A stretch of DNA of 64,000 nucleotides from Mytilus californianus. Its lineage: Eukaryota. Below, in pieces: positions 26,321-40,200 of this stretch. Each line of letters opens with the position of its first letter. Position 1 is the first letter of the stretch. Made by a program: the position numbers and the translations under genes. The notes beneath the pieces were generated by a model. The model had not been told where the DNA came from and did no database searches. It was given only the letters and a program-made list of their open reading frames with translations. The DNA lies in the NCBI RefSeq assembly GCF_021869535.1, contig NW_026262615.1, forward strand, positions 24,118,001 through 24,182,000. The letters are read 5' to 3'.

Positions 26321-26491
26321 TTTTATTCAGACATAGGAGCCCTATAGTAATCAGCTTTCCGTCTGTCCGTCACAAACAGTTTTCACAAAATAAATCAAAA
26401 AGGCTATCACAAATCAATGTGAAAGTTTGATGGCTACCTATCAAAAAGCAGGGATATCACTAGTGAGCAATGACTCACAGCACATCTTGTT
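26321..26491 (+). mobile_element. Short HINE-like element
   Basis: ccgtctgtccgtc microsatellite, 3' hairpin gtgagcaatgactcac and a tcttgtt end. Confidence 0.6.
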
Positions 26492-26884
26492 TCATATTGT
26501 GTCTATCAGAATTCATTTAGTATCCAATCTTTTGTAGGCACTTGATAAAGTACCAGGGAAGCGTTACAGGGTGAAGGTTGTTGACACAATCCTTGATTTA
26601 GATGTAACCAAGAATAAAGAAACAATAACCAATATTACAAGTCATATCAGTGGGAGGTTTAGGTAACTACATTACCATATTTATTGCGCCATTTTCTTCG
26701 GAAAACAGAATATGAATATGCATCACCATGTGTCACTCGATGATAGTGACTGTTTAATTTTTGGTAAAAGAAATAAATGCAGACAATACACTAATTATTT
26801 GAATGCACCCTGATAAAGAAATATTACAACAGATACATTTTCATTTTTTGTGCTACATTTTAACCCGAGCATTGACAATATTTC

Positions 26885-27070
26885 ATGAATCCATATATCT
26901 TTATTCTGCATATCTTTATTTATTGTAAAACACAATGCTATGGCAACCGATCTTACACGCCGCAACGACTAAATCTGACGGAAAGTGAAAGATTAGATTT
27001 TAATAAGTATATTCAAGCATTACATAAATGCCAATTAGAACGAGAAACATTTGTTAATGTACTCGAATAG
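26885..27070 (+). pseudogene. Possible signal peptide plus CTLD-start remnant
   Basis: MNPYIFILHIFIYCKTQCYG...YIQALHKCQLERETF; stops follow downstream. Confidence 0.25.
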
Positions 27071-27426
27071 ATTACTTCATTAATATTCTACTGAAAGTAT
27101 CATTTCAAAGAAATAACGTATCTATATATTTTGAGAAACGCTGTTTAGGTATCCAGGATATCTGATTTCAAAAACTGAGATGGTCATTTGAAATATCAAT
27201 ATTTTTACATCATCAAATATGAATTTAACGGGAAAATGACAACTTAGACAAAAGAAAACTGACATTATTTTATATAACGAATTCGTCATATTCGTTTGTT
27301 TATTAATAATCTGAAGATGGAATTAAACCTTATACGTGAATTCGTTTATATAATAGTACTACAAAACTATATCGGTATGTATTTCTTTGTGATTTAACAA
27401 AATAGCAAAAATAAACAATGACTCAT

Positions 27427-27900
27427 TTAGCTAGTATAGAAATCTTTTTTTTTCAATTTGATCTTAGATACATGTATTTTTTTTAAATCCTGTATAACAA
27501 ATGGTTCCTTTAAAGCACAAATATGGCTTTCACACCAGAGTAATTTTATTATGTTCAAAATTATATCCAGCAACAGAAACAAAACCAAACATGGAGATAA
27601 AGGGTTTTCCATAGGAAATATCCATCTGGCGTATATTTTGTTGGATATAATATTGTTAGTCTGTAAAGGATGACAACTAACTGATTGTTTCAAATATAAG
27701 AACACGGATGATCGCCGAAGGGAGAAACGTCCACTCAATTTAATTGTAAGACATGCCAACTGCATTTTTTTTGTGCAAAATAATTCTTCTAAATTGGTCA
27801 TGTTCGACCACGTCAAAGGTATGTCTGTCCTATATTTGATTTCATGTTGTTTTGATTCGTAATATATTTTACAGATTCGCATAGAAAATAAACTGTACAT
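27427..27900 (-). pseudogene. Possible divergent or decayed CTLD
   Basis: A 157-codon ORF containing ICKIYY...LTWSNM...FC..MQLA and YARW..P.ENP.SPCLV...LLWCESHICALKEPFV, which loosely follows CTLD spacing. The terminal cysteine is absent. Confidence 0.35.
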
Positions 27901-30900
27901 GTGTATTTACTTCAACTTGTATTGTTTTTGTAATTGTCTCAATGGTATGTACTCTCTCCCATCTCTTCTGTTTTTATCTATTTAATATAATGCTATAAAA
28001 AAATACGAGATTGAAGATCATTTAATTATCTTTATCAATTTATCATTGCTTTCATCTGAGTCAGTAAGAAAATAGTACATGTACTCATTTCTAATGTTTT
28101 TGTTGAATACATGAGGTAATATGGGTATTTTCGACTCCGAGACATGCAATTACCACTTAACCCAGTTCAAGGTTCTTTAATTCAAGCAATTTTAATTTGG
28201 ATTCATTTTGAAATATCTGAAAGTGTAATAACTAAAGATCGTGTGAATTAAAGTATGAATTTGATAATCTAACTGTCGACAGTTGTTCGAAAATAAGGAG
28301 TATTTAATATCAATTTATTATATTAAAACATCGGATTATTTAGCTGAAAGTGATTACCAAAATCGGATTAAAAATAATGAACCGTACTAACCAACATTTA
28401 CGATCTTGAAATGTTTAAATAAAATAGAAATACATTTATTGCATAATTATCGTTGGCAAGATAAATTTATTTACCATCCTTTTTTTCGCATATATCACTC
28501 TGCTCAGTCACTCTGTTTTTCTCCTATCACACCTTTTAAACATGAACATACATTATCAGCGACGTCACAATGTGTGAGGACACTTTATAAAGCTTTACAT
28601 TTGTCAAGCGTAATACTGTCTACGAAAAGGCCAGGAAAAACGATAAACAGATTATCGGCTTTTATTACATATAGATATCGTAAAATATCAATGTGTAGTA
28701 AACCGATAATCTATGCGGATTGTTGTTCAAAGAGCAGTCACGACAAATTGAGACATGAATTGTTTTTGGCTGTAATGCATATTGAGATTGAAACCTGCAA
28801 ACTAAGAGAATGAAAGTCAACAGGAAGATATGACACTATTGTTTTGCCTCCAAGCCTTCTAGTTTTGATCTTACCCCTATATGTTCCTTTTTTTCTGCTT
28901 AAAAACGCCAAATACAAATTAAGATCTTTTGCTACTACTAAAATTGTCGATCAAATTATGGCATTAGTTCTGAAAATCCCATATTAGTTTTTTTAATAGG
29001 GACACATTCTTTACAAATCAATAATATTTGTTCATACAGGAGAGTCTGGATAGGAGGTCCATCATTTCTTTATTCTGTTATTGTTTATACCATTTTTCGC
29101 TATTCTTTAGTAATGTTGCCTATCATTATCTATTCTTTACATCTACCATCCCATTGTTCATAATTTCTATATTTGTTTTGCCTAATTTTATCTATTCTTT
29201 ATTTTCTCAGCCATTTATTCTGCACTTTGTGTCTATTGTTCTATACTCTGTAAACCCCACCCAGACCCTCATACAGTCATCGAATTCCACACAATAAAAA
29301 GTGGGCTGAAGTGGTACATGTGAAAACGGACATTTAGTCAGCGACTATTATATATGATAAGAAATTATGGTTGCCTTTCAATCCATGCAGTAAGTCCTAC
29401 AGTTTTCTAAATACTACAAATTGTCTAAAATCCAGTTAAATCAATATAAGCATTTAATACCTTATTCTTCACACTTGTTGGCGGATATGATACATACTGT
29501 ATACATGGTATAAGCCTAGTCACGCAGACTAGAACATTTTTTTAAAACTTGAACTTCTCTTTCGTTGATTAGTTCTATTAAAGATTTTCACCATAATCCG
29601 ATTCCTTGGCATAGAAAATGTTTCGATATACACTAGGCTTCACGGATTGAAATGATATGACATCACAACAATGCATTGATGTCATGGTGCAAATCCATCG
29701 TATTGTATTTCAATCCATTTGGTTTCTTCTTTACATTTTTAATTTGAAATCCGATGGTTATACGACGGTACCTGATATATCGCTTGAAAAGACCAAACTG
29801 ATACAGTTACAATCAGTTAGAATAGTAACTGTTTGTTCTAGTATACGACTTTAAGTTAAAAAATTTAAATGAAATGGCTTGTTTTTTGTGAAGAATCATG
29901 AATTACTTGAATAAAAAACAAATGATTTTCTACCCCCAAGGCATGGTTTCCCTTAGTCGTATCTGGCACAATCGTTTTGGATTTTCGACTTTAACACCGT
30001 ATTTAATTTGGCATTTTTACTATAAGCATCTGGTGGAACAAGCTATAAGCTTTGTATTTTTTAGGAGTTTTGGCGCTGCATATCTGTACTTTATACCATG
30101 CAGTATGGGTTTTGCTCACTGTTGAAGGCATTACGGTGACCTATATAGTCGTAAACTGCTATATCATTTGGTCTCTAGTGGAGAGTGATCTCATTGGCAA
30201 TCATACCACATCTTCTTATGTTTATATATCTGTACTTTAAACGCCGTTTTGCTTTTGAATTTAGAAAATATTTGATTTTCTATAATTTGACATTGGTTGT
30301 ATAGGATAAAGTTTTAAAATAACGTGGTTCTTATTAAGGTTACTTTTAATACGTAATAGAAACAGAATACCTCGATAACTTGAGGTTTCTCTTTCATTTG
30401 TTTATGGTTTGAATATTCTTGCTTTGTATTTTTTTAAATACCAAGGATTGTATACCCCAGGAATAGATTAACTAAGCTGTATTTCGCAAAACTTTTCGGA
30501 ATTTTTAACCCTAAAAGCTATTCAACTTCATAATTTATTTGACCTTTTAAAATGTTTTGATTCGAGCAGCACTGTTGAGTATTTTGTAGAAGAAACGCAC
30601 GGCTGGCGTACAAAGATTTAATGCTGGTGTCAATGGTGAGTTTAATTAATAGTACTCATGAGGTATATTCTTATTTCATCAACCGACATAGTTGTATATA
30701 GCACAGCTTGCACACTCCCCTAATAATGGATTTCGGGACTTTATATCCGATCCCTCGTGTAGGTACACTTATATGCAATCTGCGAGTTAAAACAATTACA
30801 ACAAGGCTTTGAGTTGTTGTATTTTTCCTTATGTAAGACATAGTATATGCCCCTTGCTAAAATGTCTTCATTGTCCAGCAGCTGTCAAAGTTCCTGCCCT

Positions 30901-33532
30901 TTGTCCAAGACGAGCCACTTTGCTAAACACACGTCAAAGGTGTATTGTTAAGTTTACATCGTCCAAAATATGCATGAAATATTTAACACGTGGCGTTAAA
31001 AACAACAATTAAGCAGAAAATCGATCCACCAATCTCTCATACAGATAACGCATAACATAGGTACAGATATGTTAAGTTACAAAATTGTCATAAGAAAGAT
31101 TTGTTATTATTTAAGTTTTTCGAAGTAGTAAGTTTTAATATCATTTAAGAATATGTAAGGCTTTTTGGGTATATAACTATGTCGTCAATATCATGTTCCT
31201 ATTTTATAAATATATCACTATGATTTAAATATCCCATTTATTTCATTCATTTTTTAACCGGAACAACATATACATTCAACAAGTACTATACGACGCCTTT
31301 ATATAGGAGCATATTTGTAAAACATTATTTTTTGTGGTTTTTGTTTCATATTTAAATATCCTTAATATGACATCAAAAGTCTGACAGTTCTGAAAACAGC
31401 ACAAACACTTGTCTCTAACATATACACACATATATCGTATATTAATTTGTAAAGGTATATAGAGTATTTTCATAGAGACAAGTGCCTGTGAAATGAAGAT
31501 AAAATAAAATATATTCAATGTAACATAACATAAAAATTTGAACAACTGTTTAGAACAAAGAGAAATTCTAGATGATACCTTTACAACGTAAATTAAAAAA
31601 ATAGAGACGAAAACCCTATAGGCGCATCCAGCGGACTGATGCCGAAGGGAGGTGATGTATAACGCATCTTTTGACAGGTAATGCAATTCGTTTTATATAT
31701 GTTTATTGATACTCTTTATTTTAAGTATTATATCTTGTACCCGTAAACATTCATAATTCGATTCTTAATTATGCACTTGCATGTACACAAAATTGCATTA
31801 ATATGGAAGAGAGGCGAAAGATACCAGAGGGACATTCAAACTGAAATACCCATTGAAATTTGTCAGTGGAAGATATTTCTATAACATTCAATTAATTTAT
31901 ATAGTTTACTGAACCTGATATAAAACTAAGATTTCCATGTACAAACGGTATGAAGAGACATAAATGATTAATTGGGCGCGTTATGGTAGTTAACTGAAAA
32001 CATGCAAGTTTCGAAATAATTTCTCATTGATAATTGATAATGACCATTTTATTACCTTCATTAATATATGGAAATACGGAGATGAGGTATGTTTCTCTGA
32101 TTTTTTTTCCTTTCGTAAATAAGTTTTTTTTTTTTGTTTTTTTTTGCAGCATGCACAGATCTTTTTTGATGTTCCGAATGTTAACGTTCTTTTTGATGCT
32201 GCGAAAATACAGCATAGATGAGTGCATTCTAGTTTAAAATGGAAATTTTCCACCAGTAAAATGTTTTCTATTGTAATAAAAATCTATGTATCAAGAATAA
32301 ATTAATTGTATCATTGTTATAAGATAGTTTTTATCTCCTATATCTACATTTAAAACTATCACCTGCTGTAGATAACAAAATCATTAAACAAACGTATGAT
32401 TGAACATCAACATTGACATCACGTCCAATCAGAGAACAGATCTTTGACAATAACCACGTCTTACACTTCGTTGTCAATATGGTGGAATTGTGTGCGCCTG
32501 TCGTACAAGTGAGAGGTTAAGCTAGCTATAAAACCAGGTTTAATCCACCATTTCCTAGATAAGAAAATGTCTGTTCCAAGTCAGTAATATGACAGTTGTT
32601 ATCCATTCGTTTGCTGTGTTTGAGCTTTTGATTTTGCCATTTTATTAGGGACTTTCCGTTTTGAATTTTCCTCGGAGTTCGGTAGTTTTGTTATTTTACT
32701 TTTAACCATAAGTTAGCATCATAACATCAATGGTAGACAATTCGAAACCACTTCAGAAAACAATTTCTGTTAATATACCATACGATTATTGACGATTGCA
32801 TATATCCATTTAACTTTGTTGAATAGTGTTCTCATTGACAATCATACCACATGTTCCCTTTTTTATATCAAAGCAGAAAAGTGATTTATTTCAATTTGGA
32901 CAGCAAATAAGATCGGATAGACAATCTACAATGTATTTCTGGCTATGTTGTGATCATTTATCGAAAAACTTCATGTTTGAGAGGTTTTCCGTAATCTATT
33001 TGGCCTATTTAAAATAGTGTTTTTTTATGTCCGATCTACCATCAAATATAAGAAATATTATTCACGATAATGGCATGAGTATCATAATTTAAAGAGCAAC
33101 TCATTTTGACAGACGAACTTATTAGATTATATTTTTTTTAGGTTTTAGATAACAACAAAATACCTATTTATAGCGGTATAAGTAATTGGATTAAACCTGT
33201 TTAGCCATTTTTCTGACCATTAACTTCAATAGACGAGATGTGTACTGATTTATTATCGTAATGGGTATTCATGAAGGGCAATGTGACCTATTGACGTTTC
33301 ATCTGTAAAAAGCGTTCCGGATCCAGACAAACAATCCGCTATATATATTATTATTATATATAATATAAAACAAGTCCCTTAAACGATCTTAAACCGACAC
33401 CTGAGGCACATCGGCGTTTCATTTTCTATTACTTTTATGACGACTCATTGAGATCGTCTGCACAAATATATTTTCAACAAACTAAGTAAATCTCCTTTTA
33501 TAACATATTTTGAAGGTTGGTATATCAATGTC

Positions 33533-33607
33533 ATGATCCAAACAGTATCAAAAGCTTCGCTTATATCAGCATTATTCATTAAACTCCTTATTTTGTTTTG
33601 TTTTCGG
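33533..33607 (+). CDS. Candidate signal-peptide exon of copy B (copy A equivalent 2663-2737)
   Basis: MIQTVSKASLISALFIKLLILFCFR followed by gtacga. The peptide is hydrophobic, but this phase-0 donor does not match the best (phase-1) acceptor at 34125. Confidence 0.3.
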
Positions 33608-34124
33608 GTACGATATTACCATTCATGATGATATTAATTCTAGATGGCACTTGTTAATGGGAACAGAAGATATTTAGAATATCCTAAATATTCAAACTGA
33701 CATAGTGGTTCGTCCTTTGGTCTCCGGTAGATAATTGTCTCAATGACAATCATTACACATCTCCATTCTCAATAGATTAATTGATTGGACTCTGGTGTTA
33801 GATGCCATTTTAATCATTCTTAGCTATATCGATGCGGCTAGTTTTTATTGATAGAGGAAGTTGAAATGTCAAAAGAACACGACCTTCGATAAGAAAACTG
33901 TCAAGTTAATTATGATAGAGGTCGAACCCATCTGCCACGTACGGGATTCGACTTGCAACCACAGTGTTGCCAGGTTAGTGATATTGAAGATGAACTACGT
34001 AGATCACTCGGCCTGCTAGACCCCCTTTTATTAATAGACAAATGCTAACTACTTGATCTTCTATCGTTGTTGCATGAGTAAATATTAGGTAGAGAGAAAT
34101 CTTTTCACATATTGTTTCTAACAG

Positions 34125-34284
34125 TTATTGATTCTGAATTTACCTGCACGTGGGAGCCTCCTCGCACAAGAAGAGAGGCAGAAGAAGCATGTTTGGCTCT
34201 AAATTACAGTTTGATTCATGTAACACCTGGTATAAAAGAGAAGATGGAATATGCATGGCAGTCTTTAAAGGACAATGGTAACAG
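34125..34284 (+). CDS. Copy B exon: CTLD1 N-terminal half
   Basis: Acceptor ctaacag, donor gtaaaa. Translates IDSEFTCTWEPPRTRREAEEACLALNYSLIHV...DNGN, with an A-x3-C-x4-L pattern typical of a CTLD start. Confidence 0.8.
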
Positions 34285-37200
34285 GTAAAATATCAATATA
34301 TGTAGCTGATCTATATTTATTACATATTGGTGCTTTAAAAGCTAACATAAATTCCAAACCTAAATAATATAGATTTGCATCTCTCCCTCACTTGAGTTAG
34401 CAAATAACTTAATCAGTGCAAAGGTCTGATTCCTTTTAGGGATTTGGCTATACTTCAGTCTTTTTTATGGTTTGATCAGATCTTAAAGGTGCAACGGTGC
34501 AAGACAATTGGTATCGTTTATGTTATTATTACCACTAGGTCTATACATCAGCTGGTGGCAAATGTATATCCAGCCCAGGAGCAAGTACTACTGGCATGAA
34601 AATACGGATATTGTTTTGATTGAAATTTACAGTTTCAAAATTTCATAAATAATTTTAAATTAAGGCATATATCTCCCTTATGAAAAGCTCTGATTCTTTT
34701 TCCGGTTTTGGCTATACTTTAAGGTCCTGATGGTTGATCAGCTCTTCCACGTTTGTATTAGATTTTGGATTTTCATATATTTTGGCCTCGAGCATCATTT
34801 AAGAGACATTAGTTGTTGTAATGGGAATCTGGTGTAGTGAAATTGGTACCGTTTTTATTATTATTACCAAATAATTATTTCTTAGAAGACGAATTAAAAT
34901 GTAAAAATTACACAAAACAACCTGCAATTAAATAAGATAAAAAAAGTATATTCAGCTTATAGTATCTAGCGATAAAAGGGCGTTACAAGAAAACATTAAA
35001 AATATTGCAATAATTTGTGATTGAAAATAAAATGTTTTCAGAGGAACTAAGTAGTTAATGCATGTGAGGAGATACCGACCACTTATACAACATCTCCTTA
35101 TTTTTATACTCACTTTGACAGTTACAACGCAAATAAAACCTGCTTTATAAGTAATTGATAATTTGTATTGGCATTATAAATCCCATTTATCAAATATAGC
35201 TAATTTTCAAAGCCTTACCATAATGGACGGGATGCACTGGTTTATACGAAGACAATTTCAAATAGTAGTGAAATGAAATGTTTGCCATACAACTTGTAGC
35301 GGTTATGTTTCTAGATGAAATGAAGTATATATATTTTATTTAAGCATCATTGAATTCTGGGCAAATCACAGTCCAGACAACAACCGACCTAAAGGACAGA
35401 TACAGTACGATATGTTCCCGTCAACCTATGATCTATCTGCTCTCTGTGTCAAAATTGTCTATGAAGTACGAAACACTCGTTTCGGATGGGTATCAGTAGA
35501 TTGTGAAAACAAGACTACTACAGCTGGCACATGCTGTAACCAAGGTGTATTATACGAAGGTAACAACGACATTCATTGAAACAGTTACTCATTGATTGCA
35601 ATCTGAAGGCAAAATGGTTTAAACAATATTATACTGGCACCCCTAACACTAACTATAGACCATCTGTCATAAAAATCATTTTATTCATAATATGAATAAC
35701 GAAAATCATTTTTCGCTCTTACTGTATTCATTGTCGCTGCAATGAATACAATAATTTTATGTACAGTCAAAAATACAATCAGTAGTATGCGTACCAGTAT
35801 ATTTGTATATGGTGTTAAGATTTATTTTCTGTGACTTAAAATATGGGACTATCTCATTTCTCCAATTTCACAACATAAATTGCTTTACATTTGTCATTTC
35901 GGGGACTTTTATAGCTGACTATGTGGTATGGGCTTTGCTCATTGTTGAAGGCAGTACGGTGACCTATAGTTGTTAATTTTTGTGTCATTTGGTCTTTTGT
36001 GGAGCGTTGTCTTATTGGCAATCATGCCACATCTTCTTTTTTTTATATATATATAAGGGATACATGTAAATAACAAAAATGATAAAGGTTATTCTTTTTA
36101 GTAATCGTCATATATCATTTTTGAGTTCAAGCTAATATCTTTTAATATATGATACTATTTATTTTTATTCTGAAATGCTGCATATCGTAAAAAATGGTTT
36201 ACTCAATTTTTCAGCGTACATCTGTGACTTAAATTGCGTAAATACAACATTACCTTTGTCCGAAAAAGAAGTATTTTATATGACTTTGAAATCAATACGT
36301 ATATATCGCATCCGGATTTTCATGCGAACAAAACTTATATGAATTTCTAAATATAATATTTTGATGTACAAATAAATGACTCAAAATTGCTAAGTCTATT
36401 AGGCAAACATTTGCAAAATGTTATTTTCTTACATAATTATTAACAACAGCCTATCATGATCATTTTAACATAGAAAATGTTTTGCTATTTCTAATGTACA
36501 CTTCGACATCAAAATAAAACTCAGTGACGCTCGAGTAACAAATTAAAAAAGGCCAAATAAATAACGAAGTTGAAGAGCATAGCATACCCAAATTTCCGAA
36601 AAGTTTTGCCAAATACCGAATTGATTGATTGTCTGTTGCTTTACGTCCAGTAGCTATAGATAACATTCCATGCATGTTCAGGACGATTGCAAAATATAGC
36701 AAAGGTTATATATTTCTAATCTAAAATTGACTGTCAAGCGGCGATTAATTATTTCGTTTTTTCTTCTTCAGCTAGATACAAAGCTTTGCTAGTTTTGGAG
36801 AAGACTAATTGGTATACAGCAGACCATATTTGCAAAGAAGAAGGTGGCACATTATTTGATAATAATAATTGGATCATGAATCTCGTTAAATTATCTTTTG
36901 GTGGTTTACCATGGATAGAAGAAAAGTAATTTTCTTTATCAATTCAAAGTCTCCCTACATGGGCCGTTGCGTATAAAGAATAACTGCGCACTCGTTGAAG
37001 TACAATACATGTATATGTATTTATTTATTTGATTACGCTTCTTTATTTATTTATTTATTCATTTACTTCATCAGTATGTTTCTTTCTTTCTTTCCTTCTT
37101 TATTATTTAAGTTGATAAAATTAAATTGGCATATAAAAACCTACAAGAGTTGGATGAGACCACTTTAAATGTACTATGTGTTATGGCAAAGAATTTGTTT

Positions 37201-40200
37201 ATATCAAGAGTGACCAAGTTGATATGTGTATTTGTGTAAATGATATGTGTATGTGTGTAAACAGTGCAGAACATGCCCTTTTTGAGACAGTATTCGGTGT
37301 TCTTATTAGGAACTCATCTGTAAACATGTACTACATATGTTAACGTTGCCAATGGCTGATTACCTTTGGATAAAAACCAGCAGTTAACATTAGGTTACCA
37401 CTATAAGAAGCAGCAGTAGTTTACTGATAGAAAACACGTTTTCTTAAGACGATATTACAATTACAAACGTTGTTAAAGTAATCAAATTAAACTTTCGCTT
37501 ACAAAAACACAGAAACATGTTAAAAATGATCAAATAACATGAAACGGCTTAATATTGGGCTATGCTTTCTCTCCAAGAACCCGTATTGATGGTTCTTGTG
37601 GTTTGTTTTAAGGAGAGAACAAATTGACAATGAGTTGTTAACTAAAAACATCGAAATTACGTTTCTACAATAAACAATACTATATATTATATAAAATTCT
37701 ATGGTTTATCATATTTCAGTGTAACAGTTTTTTGGTCAGCTCTGTCGCAAAATGAATATCAAGATCCTGAGATGTGTTCATTATCGAGAGTAGTACCACC
37801 AGAAACAGGCTGGTATAACTTTTTTCGGCAGATAGAATCAGATTTGTTTGATTCATGTGAGAAGGCAAAGCATATGTCCGTATGCATGATACCAAGTAAG
37901 ATTAAAGAAATTAAGAAGGGATGGTTTTCTTATTTCTAGTTAATATCTCATAAAAGAGAGGCGAAAAATAACAAAGGGATAATCAAACTCACAAGTCGAA
38001 CACGAACTGGCAATGTCACGTCAAAAACGGCAAAAAAACAAAAACAGTATAGAAAACACAACATAGAAATCTAAAGAATTGAGCAACGTTAACACGATTA
38101 CCTACAAAACCCGGGGTCATATCAGATGCTTCGAAACGCTAAGCAGATCCTATTTCACAGGTGGCACCCGTCATTTTACAGATAAGTTAAAGTATTGAAG
38201 ATAAAAACATGAAAATCAAAAATAAACATTGTCTGTAAACGAAATCCCACCTGGTGCATCGAAATGATTTGCATCTTATGCTACATGAATAAAAAAATTA
38301 CCCAAAATTGTTTGTCAAATCCAGGAATTTTACATCACTCAGTCTGATAATATTTGATAGCCAATTTGGATATGTGGGAGCTATTGCAAAGTAAAAACTT
38401 CACATTTGAGACTGACAGTAGTGATACTTCTCAGTGGTTTGTCGTGTTAGGTTACTGTAAAAGAAGACTCCATGGTGAAATTGTTGTAGTTAGAACTCTA
38501 GCCTAGCTTATCCTAACAATTGAGATACATCAATGCATTCAGCTTGTTCAGATGGCATGTTACTAATCCTTTTATCCAAGACCATAATCGGTAGTCAAGG
38601 TAGTTAAACACCCCCTAGTAGTATTCCTTTTATTACAATTGAAATTATGTCATAAAAAATGCGATTTGAAAATTTGCTATTTGATTTTCCATCTTGTCTT
38701 GCTGGAGGTTTTAGCGATGTAGGAGTACCCATAATATAACCACTGAGTCTCGGAATATAAATCCATCTAAGTCAAAAAGTATGTTGCTGATGAAAAAAAG
38801 GATGTCCCGTTCAAAAACTAAACTGTTTGAAGTAATTTGACAAGAATCCACAATCAGTGATACCTATTCTAAAATATATGCAGTGATATGTTTTCAACCT
38901 GCGACACTCAAAGTTCATTGTGTCCGGGTAGCGTCACATGTTTTCCTGTGACTCAAAAGTTATTGGTTCGGGTAGCGTAGCATGTTTTTCTGTACTCATA
39001 GGTTCATTGTGTCCGGGTAGCATGTCATGTGTTACTGTGGATTGTTACTTCGCGGAAAAGCACGTTACAAATCCCCTTCAGCGTGTCGGTTTAGTTTACA
39101 TATAAAAACAAGATGATGTAGTATGATTGCCAATTAGAATACTCTTCACCTGAGATCAAATGATGAAAAGGTTAGCAATTATAGGTTAAGCAGAGTTCAT
39201 TTTCATGTCGTATTGATATATTCTTCCCTAAATATGCATTTTTTACCACAGGGCGTGAAACATCCATCCCTCATCATCAAACGTTGATTTATTTTAATTC
39301 CTAACAATGCATCATGATCAATTAACAGTTCTCGCTGGCGAAACAATAATAAACTGTCTTTTGATTGGTGTACTGGGATCTATTTATATACTGTTGATTT
39401 ATTTATTTTTGTATGGTACTAAATTATGTGGATTAAAGAAATATGAGTTTTTTTATCGATATTTGTGTTTCTGGTTAACCATAGTCTACATACGCGACTA
39501 CAGAAATGTTTTAATTTCATGGTTCACCTTGAATTTTTTACATCACTGGGTCGATACCTCTGCTGGTGGGCTATCAGTCCCCGAGGGTATCATCAGCTCA
39601 GTAGTCAGTACTTAGGTACTGACATGATTTATAACAAACTTTTCTAAAATTGTCCGTTTATAAATTTTGAAATTATAAAGAAACTAAGGTTTCTACTCCC
39701 TCAGGCAAAGTTGACCTTAGATGAATTTGGCTATTTGTTTTAGGTATTTTTGTCATATAGCTCTTCAACTGTTTCGGTACTTATACATCCCTCGGATTTC
39801 AAATGTTTGGCATTGAGCGTTCCTGATGAAGGTAAATCCAGAAAAGCGCTTCGGACGCATGAAATTATTAAACGTGTTGTTTTCAATTTTTTGAACGCCG
39901 AATACCACAAAAAATGGTATCCAAGATAAAATAATGAATCCACGGTAACTTAATATGATAACTAACAAGTGTTTGTTTCAAATCACGGAATTCATCAATG
40001 ACAATGGTATTTTTTTGTATCTACCAACAGGTAACCAGTTGTTTTACAGTCATCAAAAAGATATTTTGCTTGTTAACGCTAAGTTTTTCTTAAATACAAC
40101 CACAAGAGCGAAAAATACGACAGAGTGTATGAAAGAATGTAATGGATTCAATAAAGTTGGAGTAACATGCATGGGTTTTAACTTTGACAAGAAATCTTCA

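Noticed and set aside
28406-28813. 135-aa plus-strand ORF
   Set aside because: No recognisable motif or splice context; any coding resemblance is on the opposite strand.
31276-31686. 136-aa minus-strand ORF (partial counterpart at 1000-1248)
   Set aside because: AT-rich composition with no domain signature. It is shared only through the duplication, and the length is not conserved.
38359-38450. Extra exon between CTLD2 and PAN (NLDMWELLQSKNF...)
   Set aside because: Weak gttact donor, acceptor AG absent in copy A and upstream stops in both copies. It is not needed for phase continuity.
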